A stretch of DNA of 64,000 bases from Kiritimatiellia bacterium (GCA_051884875.1 JBJEWD010000007.1:9538-73537); one strand, 5' to 3'. Shown: positions 47,621 to 57,667, numbered from the stretch's first letter. A program made the numbers and translations. Notes: generated by a model from the sequence alone, not told the origin.

Positions 47621-47842
47621 ACTCCAATGGTTCGTGCTCCCGCTACCGCTCCGCAGCTTCGCGCCAGTCAACCGCTTCTTATAGGTAAATCGAGATGGTG
47701 TCTTTATCGGCCTCTTCGAGTCCGATGGGTGTTGCAACGTCGCAGCCTGAAACATCCGCGTCACCGACCGTGGCAGGTGAATGCCGGACGCGAAGCCCTA
47801 GGTATTCGGCGGAGCGGTAGCGGGAGCCGTACGAATCGGAGT
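47621..47842. other. long-helix element: candidate structured ncRNA (6S-like?) or MITE-like inverted-repeat element
   Basis: 47636-47654 (gctcccgctaccgctccgc) is the perfect reverse complement of 47809-47827. An adjacent 8-bp helix pairs 47656-47663 with 47789-47796. Outer extensions are ttcg/cgaa and actcc/ggagt. The helices enclose about 125 nt. The strand is unknown. Confidence 0.4.
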
Positions 47843-47905
47843 TAAATTAACAAGCGGCAAGTAAACCACAAACCGCCTCCGTCGTGCGTAAGCCGTTCCT
47901 TGATC

Positions 47906-47999
47906 GGTGCGCAGGATCCGGGGTAAAGGATGCGCAGGGTCTGGGGTAAAGGGTGCGCAGGATCCGGGGTAAAGGGTGCGCAGGGTCTGGGGCAAAAGG
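47906..47999. repeat. tandem 46-bp repeat x2 (four 23-bp subunits), each carrying a G(G/A)TGCGCAGG core
   Basis: The TGCGCA cores start at 47908, 47931, 47954 and 47977, an exact 23-bp phasing. The subunits alternate ..gatccggggtaaag.. and ..ggtctggggtaaag... Confidence 0.85.
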
Positions 48000-48043
48000 C
48001 GGACTAAGTCACGCTACCCGGGATTCCGGGGAGACCACAAAGC

Positions 48044-48071
48044 GAAACCCCGCAGTTTCCTGCGGGGTTTC
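48044..48071 (-). terminator. intrinsic terminator of the 703-aa protein gene
   Basis: There is a perfect 12-bp stem, gaaaccccgcag/ctgcggggtttc, with a 4-nt loop, 58 nt after the stop. On the minus strand it is followed by GCTTTGTGG. Confidence 0.6.
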
Positions 48072-48128
48072 ACTTGACTTGCCTCGGGTGGCACAAGGAT
48101 TAGCCACCCTCGGCTTGCTTGGATCAGC

Positions 48129-50240
48129 TTAGAGGCTGAGGAACGCCTTGAAGAACTTGTGGGTGCTATCCTTCTCCGCCCACTCAGCATCCTTGAGGTC
48201 GACCTTACCCTTGATGACTGGCGTCGCATTGTAGGTCTTGCCTTCCGGCAGCTCCACAACCGCATTGCCCGAAGCATCAACCGTGATGGTGAGCTTGAAC
48301 GCCGCCTTCCCTTCGGCAATCGCCTCATCCGTGTTGGCGCAGTTCAGAAGGTACGCCTCGGACTTGATCGTGTCGCTCGCGTCGAAGGCAACGCCATTAG
48401 CCTTCGCCCAGGTGGCGAGCGTATCAGCCGGAACCGAAGCGAGTTCCGCCGGAATCGCCTCACCATAGGCCTCACTAGCCGTCTTGCCCTCAACCGTGGT
48501 CGGATCCTCCGGCCAATCGGTCGGGCTCACCGGGGTCTCCTTCTCAACCGTGGTCGTAATTACGATATCCGTCGTGCCAACCACAATCGTATAGTTGCCC
48601 TCTTCATCGGGCTTGAGCTCCTCCTCACCGTTCTTCACGACGAGCGTGTCGGCCTCATAACCCTCGGCAACCGTCACCGTGAAGGTGAGCGTCTCACCCT
48701 CGGTCGCCGTCGCGGCGAGTTCCGAAACCGTGGTGCCCGTGGCCGCGTTCACCGTGACGTTAACCGTCGCGTAAGCCTCAACCGTCGTCGAGAGGGCGAC
48801 ATCGGCATCGGCGGTCACCGTGTAGGTGCCATCAACGGCCTCAAGCGTCTTCTCACCGTTCTTCACGACGAGCGTATCGGCCTTATAACCCTCGGCAACC
48901 GTCACCGTGAAGGTGAGCGTCGAGCCTTCAACAACCTCGCCGGCCGTGACACCGCCAATGGTCGTGCCTGCCGCAGCGTCAACCGTGACCTTAACCTTGA
49001 TGTCCTCTTCGGTGACCTCGATTTCAACCGAGTCACCGCTCTGAACCGTGTACGTCTCGGTAATCACCGTTCCGTTGACCTTGACCGTGACAACAGCCTT
49101 CTTGTGAGCCGTCGTGGTCGTCGCCTCGAATGCCGTCGGATCGAGCTCTTCACCGACCGTATAGGAAGCCTTAGGAGCCTTATCCTCAACCCACGTCACC
49201 GTCTCAGGCTTCGTCACCGACGGGGTAATCGATTCCGGCTTGGAAGCCTCCGCAATCGTGACCGTCAAACCTTCAGCAACCTTAATCGTAACGACCGCGA
49301 GGCCATCCTCGCCATCCTCAATCGTAGCATTGGTCACGGTGTAATCAGAGGCCGCACCTTCAACATAGACCTTAATCGTCGAACCGACCGCAACTCCCTT
49401 GAGCGAACCAATATCAAAGTCATTGCCTTCTGCATCATACAGCGCAATGTCGCCTGCCTCCAGCGTGACGTCAACCAACGCCGCGCCCTCATTGGACACG
49501 AAACCGATATCATCAACCGCGCCCGTGCCCTTGAAGCCGATGGAGGAGATGGTCTGTGCCTCAGTACCACCCGTCACCAAGCTCGTGAACTCAATCGCAC
49601 TTCCATCATCATCGGTGATTTCCGCGCCATCAAGCACAATCGTGAATTTGGCCGTCGGTTCCTGAGCCGTACCCGCTTGCACCGCCTTGATTGCCAGCGT
49701 GTGCCAGGCGGCCGTAAACGTATCGGCATCATCGACCTCCTTGGCGACGACGTCGCCCGTTGCATCCGTCACCATAACTGCGGCCTTGGTAGCGGCTACA
49801 TAGCCCTCCTCGCCCTCGGTGCCGACGGCCTCGGTCGCCGCCCGCATCCATACGATGATCTTATCGCCTTCCTCCGGCGTCGGCGCATCTTCAGCCGCCG
49901 TGAATTGCACCTTGGAGGAAACCGTGATATCGCCACCGTTATCGGGAATCGCAACCGGCCCGACCTCAGTCGCCCCACTCGCCGCCGTCTTACGGATAAG
50001 GGCTTCCGTCGTGTCGACCTTCAGGTATTTGTTGTCGTCTTCCACCGCCACAACCGACTCACCGCTGTTACCGCCCCACAACACGAGTTCGCTGCTCGTA
50101 TCGCCGGGATCTCTCGCATCAACGGTAATCGGATCCTGCTCAGAATAGGCTTCGAAGTCCATGCCGCCCAAAAGGTCGGCCGACTGCGCAACCAGCGAGA
50201 ATGTCGCCGCCGCGCCCATCATGATCATAAGTTTCTTCAT
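48129..50240 (-). CDS. acidic secreted repeat protein (703 aa): N-terminal jelly-roll/LamG-like part plus Ig-like/InlB-B-repeat-like modules
   Basis: The start is the ATG at 50240 (MKKLMIMMGAAATFSLVAQSA), preceded by AAGGAGA. Two 76-aa modules are nearly identical at the protein level (EGxTLTFTVTVAEGYxADTLVVKNGE..). It is very rich in T/V/E/D/A. Confidence 0.8.
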   Translation of the reverse strand: MKKLMIMMGAAATFSLVAQSADLLGGMDFEAYSEQDPITVDARDPGDTSSELVLWGGNSGESVVAVEDDNKYLKVDTTEALIRKTAASGATEVGPVAIPDNGGDITVSSKVQFTAAEDAPTPEEGDKIIVWMRAATEAVGTEGEEGYVAATKAAVMVTDATGDVVAKEVDDADTFTAAWHTLAIKAVQAGTAQEPTAKFTIVLDGAEITDDDGSAIEFTSLVTGGTEAQTISSIGFKGTGAVDDIGFVSNEGAALVDVTLEAGDIALYDAEGNDFDIGSLKGVAVGSTIKVYVEGAASDYTVTNATIEDGEDGLAVVTIKVAEGLTVTIAEASKPESITPSVTKPETVTWVEDKAPKASYTVGEELDPTAFEATTTTAHKKAVVTVKVNGTVITETYTVQSGDSVEIEVTEEDIKVKVTVDAAAGTTIGGVTAGEVVEGSTLTFTVTVAEGYKADTLVVKNGEKTLEAVDGTYTVTADADVALSTTVEAYATVNVTVNAATGTTVSELAATATEGETLTFTVTVAEGYEADTLVVKNGEEELKPDEEGNYTIVVGTTDIVITTTVEKETPVSPTDWPEDPTTVEGKTASEAYGEAIPAELASVPADTLATWAKANGVAFDASDTIKSEAYLLNCANTDEAIAEGKAAFKLTITVDASGNAVVELPEGKTYNATPVIKGKVDLKDAEWAEKDSTHKFFKAFLSL

Positions 50241-50309
50241 GTTGTTTTCTCCTTGTTTGTGCCCTCGAGTCACGGGGCGCAAGGCCTTCCGCTTCTCCAA
50301 GCAACCTGA

Positions 50310-50318
50310 ATTGTAGCA
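50310..50318 (-). promoter_or_regulatory. candidate extended -10 promoter (TGCTACAAT) for the 703-aa gene
   Basis: The minus strand reads ATTTGCTACAATTCAGG. It lies about 70 nt upstream of the ATG at 50240. Confidence 0.35.
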
Positions 50319-50554
50319 AATCTTGTTTTCCCCCGCAAGGGGGAATTTTAGAATTTCTCGGAGCGCCAACGGACGGACGACGGACGCGACGCCCTAACGG
50401 GGGACGCCCCATCTATGCGCGTTTGGCGGCAAAGTCGACGAGATGGCGCGTCTTCGATCGGTCGCGTACGGCTTCGGCCATGCCGACGTCGTCAAGGCAG
50501 TGGCCGACAGGCGCATCGTATTCGTCGATGAGAATACGGCATGTTCGGCGGCGA

Positions 50555-52195
50555 TTACCAGATGCCGAGTTTGAGGTACGGGAGGATGTTCTTCTCCAGC
50601 GTCGTATCGAGATCGAAGAGCGAAACGCCGGCGAGACCGTAGCGGCGGACGAGATTGATCTGGTCGATGACCTGACGCGGCGAAAGGTGCGACTCGTTCG
50701 CCGTCACGCCTATGCCGACGATCGTACGCGCCGCGTGGCGGCGGTTCTGCGCGTGCTGCTGGAGGAAAGCGGCGAACTTGCGCGGATCCTCCGAATAGTC
50801 CATCGGCACGACGTAATCGACGAGATTGCCGCCGAGCCAGCCGTCCCAGTCCTGTCCGACGGACGCAATGGAGGCCGGATACTTGCCGAGCACCGCCGCC
50901 GTCAGCCAGCACGGACGCTTCACGCGCCGCCGCGCCGCACGGACGAAGCCGGTGATGACGGCCGCCGCATTCGCCGGCTTGACGCTCTTCTCGTACCAGC
51001 GGACGAAATCGAGATGAATGCCCTGCACGGCGTATTTCGCCTGGATCTCGTCGATCGTCCCGAGGATGCAGGCCTGCACGGCGGCGCGGGAAGGATCGAG
51101 ATAATCTTCCGAAACCCTCCCGTCCGTCGTCTTCACCAACCAGCCGTTCCGCTTCAGTTCGGCCTTGCGCGCCGGCGTCGCCCGCGTCGCATTGAAGCAG
51201 AGAATCCAGGCGTGCACGCGGATGCCGGTCCGCTTCGCCGCCGCAAGACAGGCCGCCAGCTGATCGCCCTCCTGTTCATACGTCTTCGAGCGCGGCAGCA
51301 CGTCCGAGGCGTAATGCGCAAAACCCGCACCCGCGACATTGACGAAGAGATCCGTCACGCGCGCCTCCCGGAGTACGTGCATCGTCTTCGGCCAGTTGCC
51401 GGGGTAGAGTCCGCAGCCCGAATGATCCCAGACGGCGTGAATCTCGCCCTTGCGCGGCACCTGGCGGAGCGCATACGCGCGCGCCGCCTGGTGTTCGGCG
51501 GCCTTCCGCGCCGCCGCCGCCGCGTAGTTCCAGAGATGTGGCGCATAGCACCCCACCAGCGCGGCCACGAGCTGCGCCTTCAGGTCCACATCGCCGTCCG
51601 CCAGCAGCACGTGCGTCATCCAGAAGCCGCCTGCGGAGGAAATCCACGCCGCATCGCCCGTCGATCTCCCCGCGCGGTCGTACCAGGTCGCGAGGACGCG
51701 TCCTCTGCCCGGTTCCGGCGCCGCCCGCTGCAGCACGGTCGAGTTCTGGCGAATCTCCGTCGGCAGACCTTCGGGAAACGTGGAGGCGAAGCGCATCGTG
51801 CTCCAGCGGCCCGGCGTGGACGCCGTGGCGTAGCCGAGCAGCCGCACGCCCATGAGCGCCGCCAGCGCCGGCGAGGACGAGTAGAAGACCACGAGCCTGC
51901 CGCCGCGGGCGCGATAGGCGCGCAACACGTCGATCTCCTGCGGCGGCGGATTGTCGAAGCCCACGAGAAACGCCACGCGCGCGGACTTGAGCGCGGCGGA
52001 CATCGTCTGCGGCGTCACCACGTCGGACGCGATATTCTGCTGCCGGAGGCCGCGCTGCAGATGCCGGGCGAGCGACGTACAGTAGCCCGGATCGTGCGCG
52101 ACGACAACCACTTCGGCCGCCGCGGCCGACAACGGCGCGAGCGCGCCCCCGAACAGGGCGCACGCCAGCACGAGAACTTGCCGCAGTTTCGCCAT
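50555..52195 (-). CDS. secreted protein with a C-terminal glycoside-hydrolase-like GHL10/DUF187 domain
   Basis: It has a signal peptide (MAKLRQVLVLACALFGGALAPLSAAAA). The C-terminal half (..IHAVWDHSG..VTDLFVNV..RVHAWILCFN..YLDPSRAAVQ..GIHLDFVRW..VVPMDYSEDP) fits my memory of the family-10-like TIM-barrel family. The N-terminal half is unassigned. Confidence 0.6.
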   Translation of the reverse strand: MAKLRQVLVLACALFGGALAPLSAAAAEVVVVAHDPGYCTSLARHLQRGLRQQNIASDVVTPQTMSAALKSARVAFLVGFDNPPPQEIDVLRAYRARGGRLVVFYSSSPALAALMGVRLLGYATASTPGRWSTMRFASTFPEGLPTEIRQNSTVLQRAAPEPGRGRVLATWYDRAGRSTGDAAWISSAGGFWMTHVLLADGDVDLKAQLVAALVGCYAPHLWNYAAAAARKAAEHQAARAYALRQVPRKGEIHAVWDHSGCGLYPGNWPKTMHVLREARVTDLFVNVAGAGFAHYASDVLPRSKTYEQEGDQLAACLAAAKRTGIRVHAWILCFNATRATPARKAELKRNGWLVKTTDGRVSEDYLDPSRAAVQACILGTIDEIQAKYAVQGIHLDFVRWYEKSVKPANAAAVITGFVRAARRRVKRPCWLTAAVLGKYPASIASVGQDWDGWLGGNLVDYVVPMDYSEDPRKFAAFLQQHAQNRRHAARTIVGIGVTANESHLSPRQVIDQINLVRRYGLAGVSLFDLDTTLEKNILPYLKLGIW

Positions 52196-52198
52196 CGC

Positions 52199-52927
52199 CT
52201 AGATGAGATCGGGCCGCACGGTTCGCGTGATTCTCAACGCCTCGGCCTTGCGCCACGCCGCGATCTTCGCATGGTCGCCCGAGAGCAGCACCTCGGGCAC
52301 CTTCATGCCGCGGAACACGGACGGATGGGTATACTGCGGCGCCTCAAGGAGTCCTTCGCGTCCGAACGATTCCGCCGCCGTTGCGGCAGGCCCGCCGCCG
52401 AGGACGCCCGGCAGCAGCCGCACGATGGCATCGACCATCGCCGCCGCCGCGAGCTCGCCGCCCGTCATCACGAAATCGCCCAGCGAGTATCTGTCCGTCG
52501 CCAGCGTCTCGACGCGCGCGTCGAATCCCTCGTAATGCCCGCACATGAAGATGAGATGCGGCGAGGCGGCGGGACGGCGGGACGGGGCGGTCGCGGCAAG
52601 ATCCGCGAACCGCGCGGCGTCGCGCTGGGTGAAGGTCTGGCCGGCGGGCGAGGTCAGGATGATGCGCCGGTCCGCGCGCGGCACGTCGGGCGCCGCCGCG
52701 CACGCCGCCTCCACCGCCGCAAACCAGGGCTCGCAACGCATCAGCATCCCGGGGCCGCCCCCGTAGGGCCTGTCGTCGCACTTCTTCCAGCGCCCGACGC
52801 CATAGTCGCGCAGATCGATGACCGCGACCGCGCAGGCCCCCTTCTTCACGGCTCGCGCAACGATGCTCTCCTCCAGAAAGCCGCGAAACATCCGGGGCTG
52901 CACGCTGATGATGTCGATCCTGAGCAT
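52199..52927 (-). CDS. trmD: tRNA (guanine37-N1)-methyltransferase
   Basis: The sequence includes MLRIDIISVQPRMFRGFLEESIVARAVKKG..DDRPYGGGPGMLM..LIFMCGHYEGFDARV..SLGDFVMTGGELAA... I chose the ATG at 52927. Confidence 0.92.
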   Translation of the reverse strand: MLRIDIISVQPRMFRGFLEESIVARAVKKGACAVAVIDLRDYGVGRWKKCDDRPYGGGPGMLMRCEPWFAAVEAACAAAPDVPRADRRIILTSPAGQTFTQRDAARFADLAATAPSRRPAASPHLIFMCGHYEGFDARVETLATDRYSLGDFVMTGGELAAAAMVDAIVRLLPGVLGGGPAATAAESFGREGLLEAPQYTHPSVFRGMKVPEVLLSGDHAKIAAWRKAEALRITRTVRPDLI

Positions 52928-52938
52928 ATCCGCGTTAC

Positions 52939-53877
52939 CTAGAATCGCGCCCATCCGGGATAAGGCGTCCGAACTTCCATCTCATCGCCCAGAACCGGAT
53001 GGCGGAACTTCGCCGCCAGCGCATGGAGACAATGCCCCGCCTGGCCTTCGACGGCGAAGCCGCCGTAGAGACGGTCGTTCACGATATGCATCCCCGCCAA
53101 CGCCAGCTGGGCGCGGATCTGGTGGGTAACACCCGTCCGGATCGTGACCTCCAGCAGCGTGCGCACTTCGCTCTCGACGGTGACGCGACCAATCGGCATG
53201 AACCGCGTCACGGCGGGAAGCGGCTTCAGGCCCTCCCGCTGGCTGCGCGGGAGACGGTTGCGGTGCACGTCGATCATCCGGCAGAACGGCAGCGTCGGAT
53301 CGCGGGCGAGTTCGTTCTCGAGCGTCCCGCCGACGGCGACGGACCCTTCGACGAGCGCAAGATACGTCTTCGCCACCGTCTGCGCGCGGAACTGCGCGCG
53401 CAGATTGGCGAAGGCTTCGGCCGTGCGCGCGACGAGAACGAGGCCCGACGTATCCGCATCGATCCGGTGCAGCGCGCCCGCCATCAGGGGTCGGTCCCCC
53501 AGGGGGATGCATTCGGGGTAGCGGGCGACGACGCCATTCATGAGGGTGTTCGTCTCGGTCCGCGCCAGCGGCTGCACGGGCATCGCGGCGGGTTTGTCGA
53601 AGGCGAGCAGATGGCCGTCTTCGAAAACCGGATGCAGATGGATCGCGCGATTGGGCGAGACGGTGTTGTCGTCCGCCTCGGCGAGCGCCCTGATCGCGAT
53701 CGTCTCCACCCCGCGCAACTTAAGCCCCTTCGCGGCGCGACGGCCGTTGACCAGGACGTCGCCCCGCTCGATCGCTTCGCGCACGAAGGCCCGCGTGGAG
53801 GACGGATAGGCCAAAAGCAGGGCGGCGTCCAGTCGAACGCCGCCCTCCCGGTTGACTATGGTCGCATTCTCTATCAT
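52939..53877 (-). CDS. RluA-family 23S rRNA pseudouridine synthase (S4 domain + catalytic domain)
   Basis: It carries the catalytic motif LHRIDADTSGLVLVART, plus ..KTYLALVEG.. and ..GVTHQIRAQLA.. blocks. An S4-like N-terminus is present. Confidence 0.88.
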   Translation of the reverse strand: MIENATIVNREGGVRLDAALLLAYPSSTRAFVREAIERGDVLVNGRRAAKGLKLRGVETIAIRALAEADDNTVSPNRAIHLHPVFEDGHLLAFDKPAAMPVQPLARTETNTLMNGVVARYPECIPLGDRPLMAGALHRIDADTSGLVLVARTAEAFANLRAQFRAQTVAKTYLALVEGSVAVGGTLENELARDPTLPFCRMIDVHRNRLPRSQREGLKPLPAVTRFMPIGRVTVESEVRTLLEVTIRTGVTHQIRAQLALAGMHIVNDRLYGGFAVEGQAGHCLHALAAKFRHPVLGDEMEVRTPYPGWARF

Positions 53878-53900
53878 CCGTCAACCACCCGCCGCGCGCC

Positions 53901-54068
53901 TCAATCGTACCGATCCATAATCGACGGCGCAATCGGCGCAATGCCTTCCCAGGACTTGTTGGAGCTCCACGGCAGCGCGGTATCCTCCGCCGTGTCGGCG
54001 ATACAGCCGGCGAGGAGCGACACCACGAGGCCGAGACCGATGGCCTTAATCAGCGAAGACGATGTCAT
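53901..54068 (-). CDS. 55-aa lipoprotein, overlapping the 3' end of the upstream gene by 23 nt (not in the ORF track)
   Basis: My own translation is MTSSSLIKAIGLGLVVSLLAGCIADTAEDTALPWSSNKSWEGIAPIAPSIMDRYD*. It has a good lipobox (LLAGC) after a basic-hydrophobic signal, and GC3-rich codons. It fills the otherwise empty 53878-54045 gap. Confidence 0.5.
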   Translation of the reverse strand: MTSSSLIKAIGLGLVVSLLAGCIADTAEDTALPWSSNKSWEGIAPIAPSIMDRYD

Positions 54069-55185
54069 CGGCTTTCAGCGGGGCCTGTTCCCAGTTGGTG
54101 AGGATGTCGCAGATGATGTAGTTCTTGCCCGGGACCTCCTGGCGCAGACGGATGCGGCCCACGAACTCGCCGGCCTCGCCATTGTAGCCCGTACGCTTCA
54201 CGCCGAACTCCATGACCGGCAGCGGACGGTTGGGATCGTCGCCCTTGAGCTCCTTCATCCCGGCCGGCGTGAACTCGACGATCGCGAACATCCGCTCGTT
54301 GTCGGCATTGATGATCTTGCCCTTCTCGCCCGCCGGCACCGAGGTGACCGCAAGACCACCCGCCGTGCGTCCGCCGCCGACCGCCACCTGGGCGAGCGCG
54401 TCGCGCAGCAGCTTCTTGAGCGTTTCGATGTTCTGCTGCGCCTTCTGAAGCTCTTCCTTGGCCGCGTCGGTCTCATCGTGCGCCGTCACGACTTCGTCCT
54501 TGAGGGAGGTGATCTCGGCGTTGAGCTCATCGATCTGCGCCTTGATCTTGACGATCTGGTTCTCGAGGTCGGCCTTCGTCTCTTCGAGCTTCGCGATCTT
54601 CTCGTTCTTCTCGACGATGGTGACCTTGTCCTGACGCATCTCGGGCTTCAGCTTGTTGATTTCGGCGATCTCCGTCTCAAGCTGGCGGTGGAGCTTGGTG
54701 AGCGCATCGCGCGTCGTGTTGAGACGGGCCTGCTGCTTGGTGCACGCGTCGAGGAGTTTCTCCAGAAGCTCCTGCTCGGTGCCCGGCCCGTCCGTCTTCG
54801 GGCGGTCGCCGTCCATGACGACCTTGCCCTCGAAATCGGTGACGTAGACGTTGCGGAGCTGCCGACGATCCTTGTCCTCCCACGCGAACGTTTTGAGGGA
54901 CTGCTTCTCCAGATAGGGCTTGTACTCCTCAAGGACGTTCTCCATCTCGGGCGTATCGACGATCTTCGCCTCGACGACGGACACGTCCTTCTCAAGCTTG
55001 GCGGTCTCCGTCGCATCGGCCTCGACCGATTCGACCGTCCCCGCGATCTTGACAAGGAAGTCCTCCTGCATGCGGTTGCGATCGGTGAGCAGCTTTCGCT
55101 TGTCATTGAGCTGCAGCTCGAAAAAGAGCGCGGCGCCCGCAAGAATCAAAAAGAAATACACGAAAACATGTAATGCTTTGTTCAT
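54046..55185 (-). CDS. membrane-anchored coiled-coil protein (379 aa), function unknown
   Basis: It has an N-terminal TM segment (VFVYFFLILAGAALFF), about 230 aa of heptad-like E/K/L-rich sequence and a C-terminal beta-rich domain (..FVGRIRLRQEVPGKNYIICDIL..). Confidence 0.7.
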   Translation of the reverse strand: MNKALHVFVYFFLILAGAALFFELQLNDKRKLLTDRNRMQEDFLVKIAGTVESVEADATETAKLEKDVSVVEAKIVDTPEMENVLEEYKPYLEKQSLKTFAWEDKDRRQLRNVYVTDFEGKVVMDGDRPKTDGPGTEQELLEKLLDACTKQQARLNTTRDALTKLHRQLETEIAEINKLKPEMRQDKVTIVEKNEKIAKLEETKADLENQIVKIKAQIDELNAEITSLKDEVVTAHDETDAAKEELQKAQQNIETLKKLLRDALAQVAVGGGRTAGGLAVTSVPAGEKGKIINADNERMFAIVEFTPAGMKELKGDDPNRPLPVMEFGVKRTGYNGEAGEFVGRIRLRQEVPGKNYIICDILTNWEQAPLKADDIVFAD

Positions 55186-55253
55186 AGTGAGTATCTTTCC
55201 CTATTCGACGCCGAAAATGATACTCCATTTTGCGTCATAAGGCAACTGTTTTT

Positions 55254-55262
55254 TGATACAAT
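55254..55262 (+). promoter_or_regulatory. extended -10 promoter (TGATACAAT) 8 nt upstream of the tgt ATG (leaderless-type)
   Basis: The sequence is TTTTGATACAATAAGCGCGCATG, with no SD between the box and the start. Confidence 0.45.
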
Positions 55263-55264
55263 AA

Positions 55265-56795
<1,531 letters not shown>

Positions 56796-56800
56796 CGCCG

Positions 56801-57667
56801 ATGTCGCTGGCACGCGGCAGATTCGGAATCGAATACAACCCACGCCCCGCGAGGAACGGCGCTTCCGGTCTCAGCCGGATCGTTGCCCTGGCGCTGGGCG
56901 TTGTCGTCGTTTCGCTGGCGGTGGCGCTCGTCAACCGCTTCCGCACGCGCGCGGCGGAGACGCCGCTCGCGCCGCCGCCGGCGGCCGAGGATGGCGAACG
57001 GCCCGATGACGGGCCAACCGAGGCCCCCGCGCCCGTTCCCGTACCGGCGGATTTCGCCGAGGTCTACAAGACCCTCCCGACCCGCCCCCCGCGCGTCCGC
57101 ACGCTGCTCATGCGCTTGCGCGAGGCGCAGGAGCGGGGCGACCTCGTGACGGAGGTCGCGACCCTCGGCCAACTGCGCGAGCTGCCGGGCAATTCGGCGC
57201 TCGACCTCAACAACCTCCTGGTGCGCCGTCTGGGCGAACTCAACATGCGCTGGCTCTTCGAGCACTACAATCCCCAGTGGGTCAAGTCGGTGAAGGTCAA
57301 GTCGGGCGATTCCGCCAGCCGCATTGCGCTGAACCACGGCGCCACCCTGGGGTCGTTCCGCCGGCTCAATCCCGAAAAGGACGTCGACCGCCTGCGCGTG
57401 GGCGACGAGGTGCGCGTGATGGATCATCCGCGTTTCTATCTCTGCGTCTATCCCAACACGCGCAAAGCCGACCTCCAGCTCAAGGGTCGCCTCTTCAAGC
57501 GCTACGACCTGCGCGAAGCCGTCACCGGCAAAGCGGGCGAGTACGCGCCCACGGGCAATCTCCGCACGTTCCTCTCCGAACACGGCGTCTGGTTCTCCCT
57601 CGCCGACCGCCGGGAACTCGAAATGCTCCTCCCCAGGAAGTTTACCTTCGTAATCGGCGACCTCTGA
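56801..57667 (+). CDS. membrane-anchored LysM domain protein
   Basis: It has a TM segment (IVALALGVVVVSLAVALV), a Pro-rich linker and a LysM block (VKVKSGDSASRIALNHGATLGSFRRLNPEKDVDRLRVGDEVRV). The C-terminal 90 aa are unassigned. Confidence 0.75.
   Translation: MSLARGRFGIEYNPRPARNGASGLSRIVALALGVVVVSLAVALVNRFRTRAAETPLAPPPAAEDGERPDDGPTEAPAPVPVPADFAEVYKTLPTRPPRVRTLLMRLREAQERGDLVTEVATLGQLRELPGNSALDLNNLLVRRLGELNMRWLFEHYNPQWVKSVKVKSGDSASRIALNHGATLGSFRRLNPEKDVDRLRVGDEVRVMDHPRFYLCVYPNTRKADLQLKGRLFKRYDLREAVTGKAGEYAPTGNLRTFLSEHGVWFSLADRRELEMLLPRKFTFVIGDL

Noticed and set aside
47576-47995. Three 62-72-aa ORFs in the 700-bp gap (47576-47764, 47627-47845, 47798-47995)
   Set aside because: They lack start context and GC3 bias, and they overlap the inverted-repeat element and the tandem array. 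The region is more likely regulatory or RNA-coding.
50328-50345. The hairpin ttccccc-gcaa-gggggaa, considered as the terminator of the GHL10/trmD operon
   Set aside because: Its T-rich tail is on the plus strand, where no gene ends, and on the minus strand it is followed by AAAACAAG. It sits about 10 nt upstream of the putative -10 of the 703-aa gene, so its role is ambiguous (bidirectional terminator or promoter-proximal structure). I did not call it as a feature.
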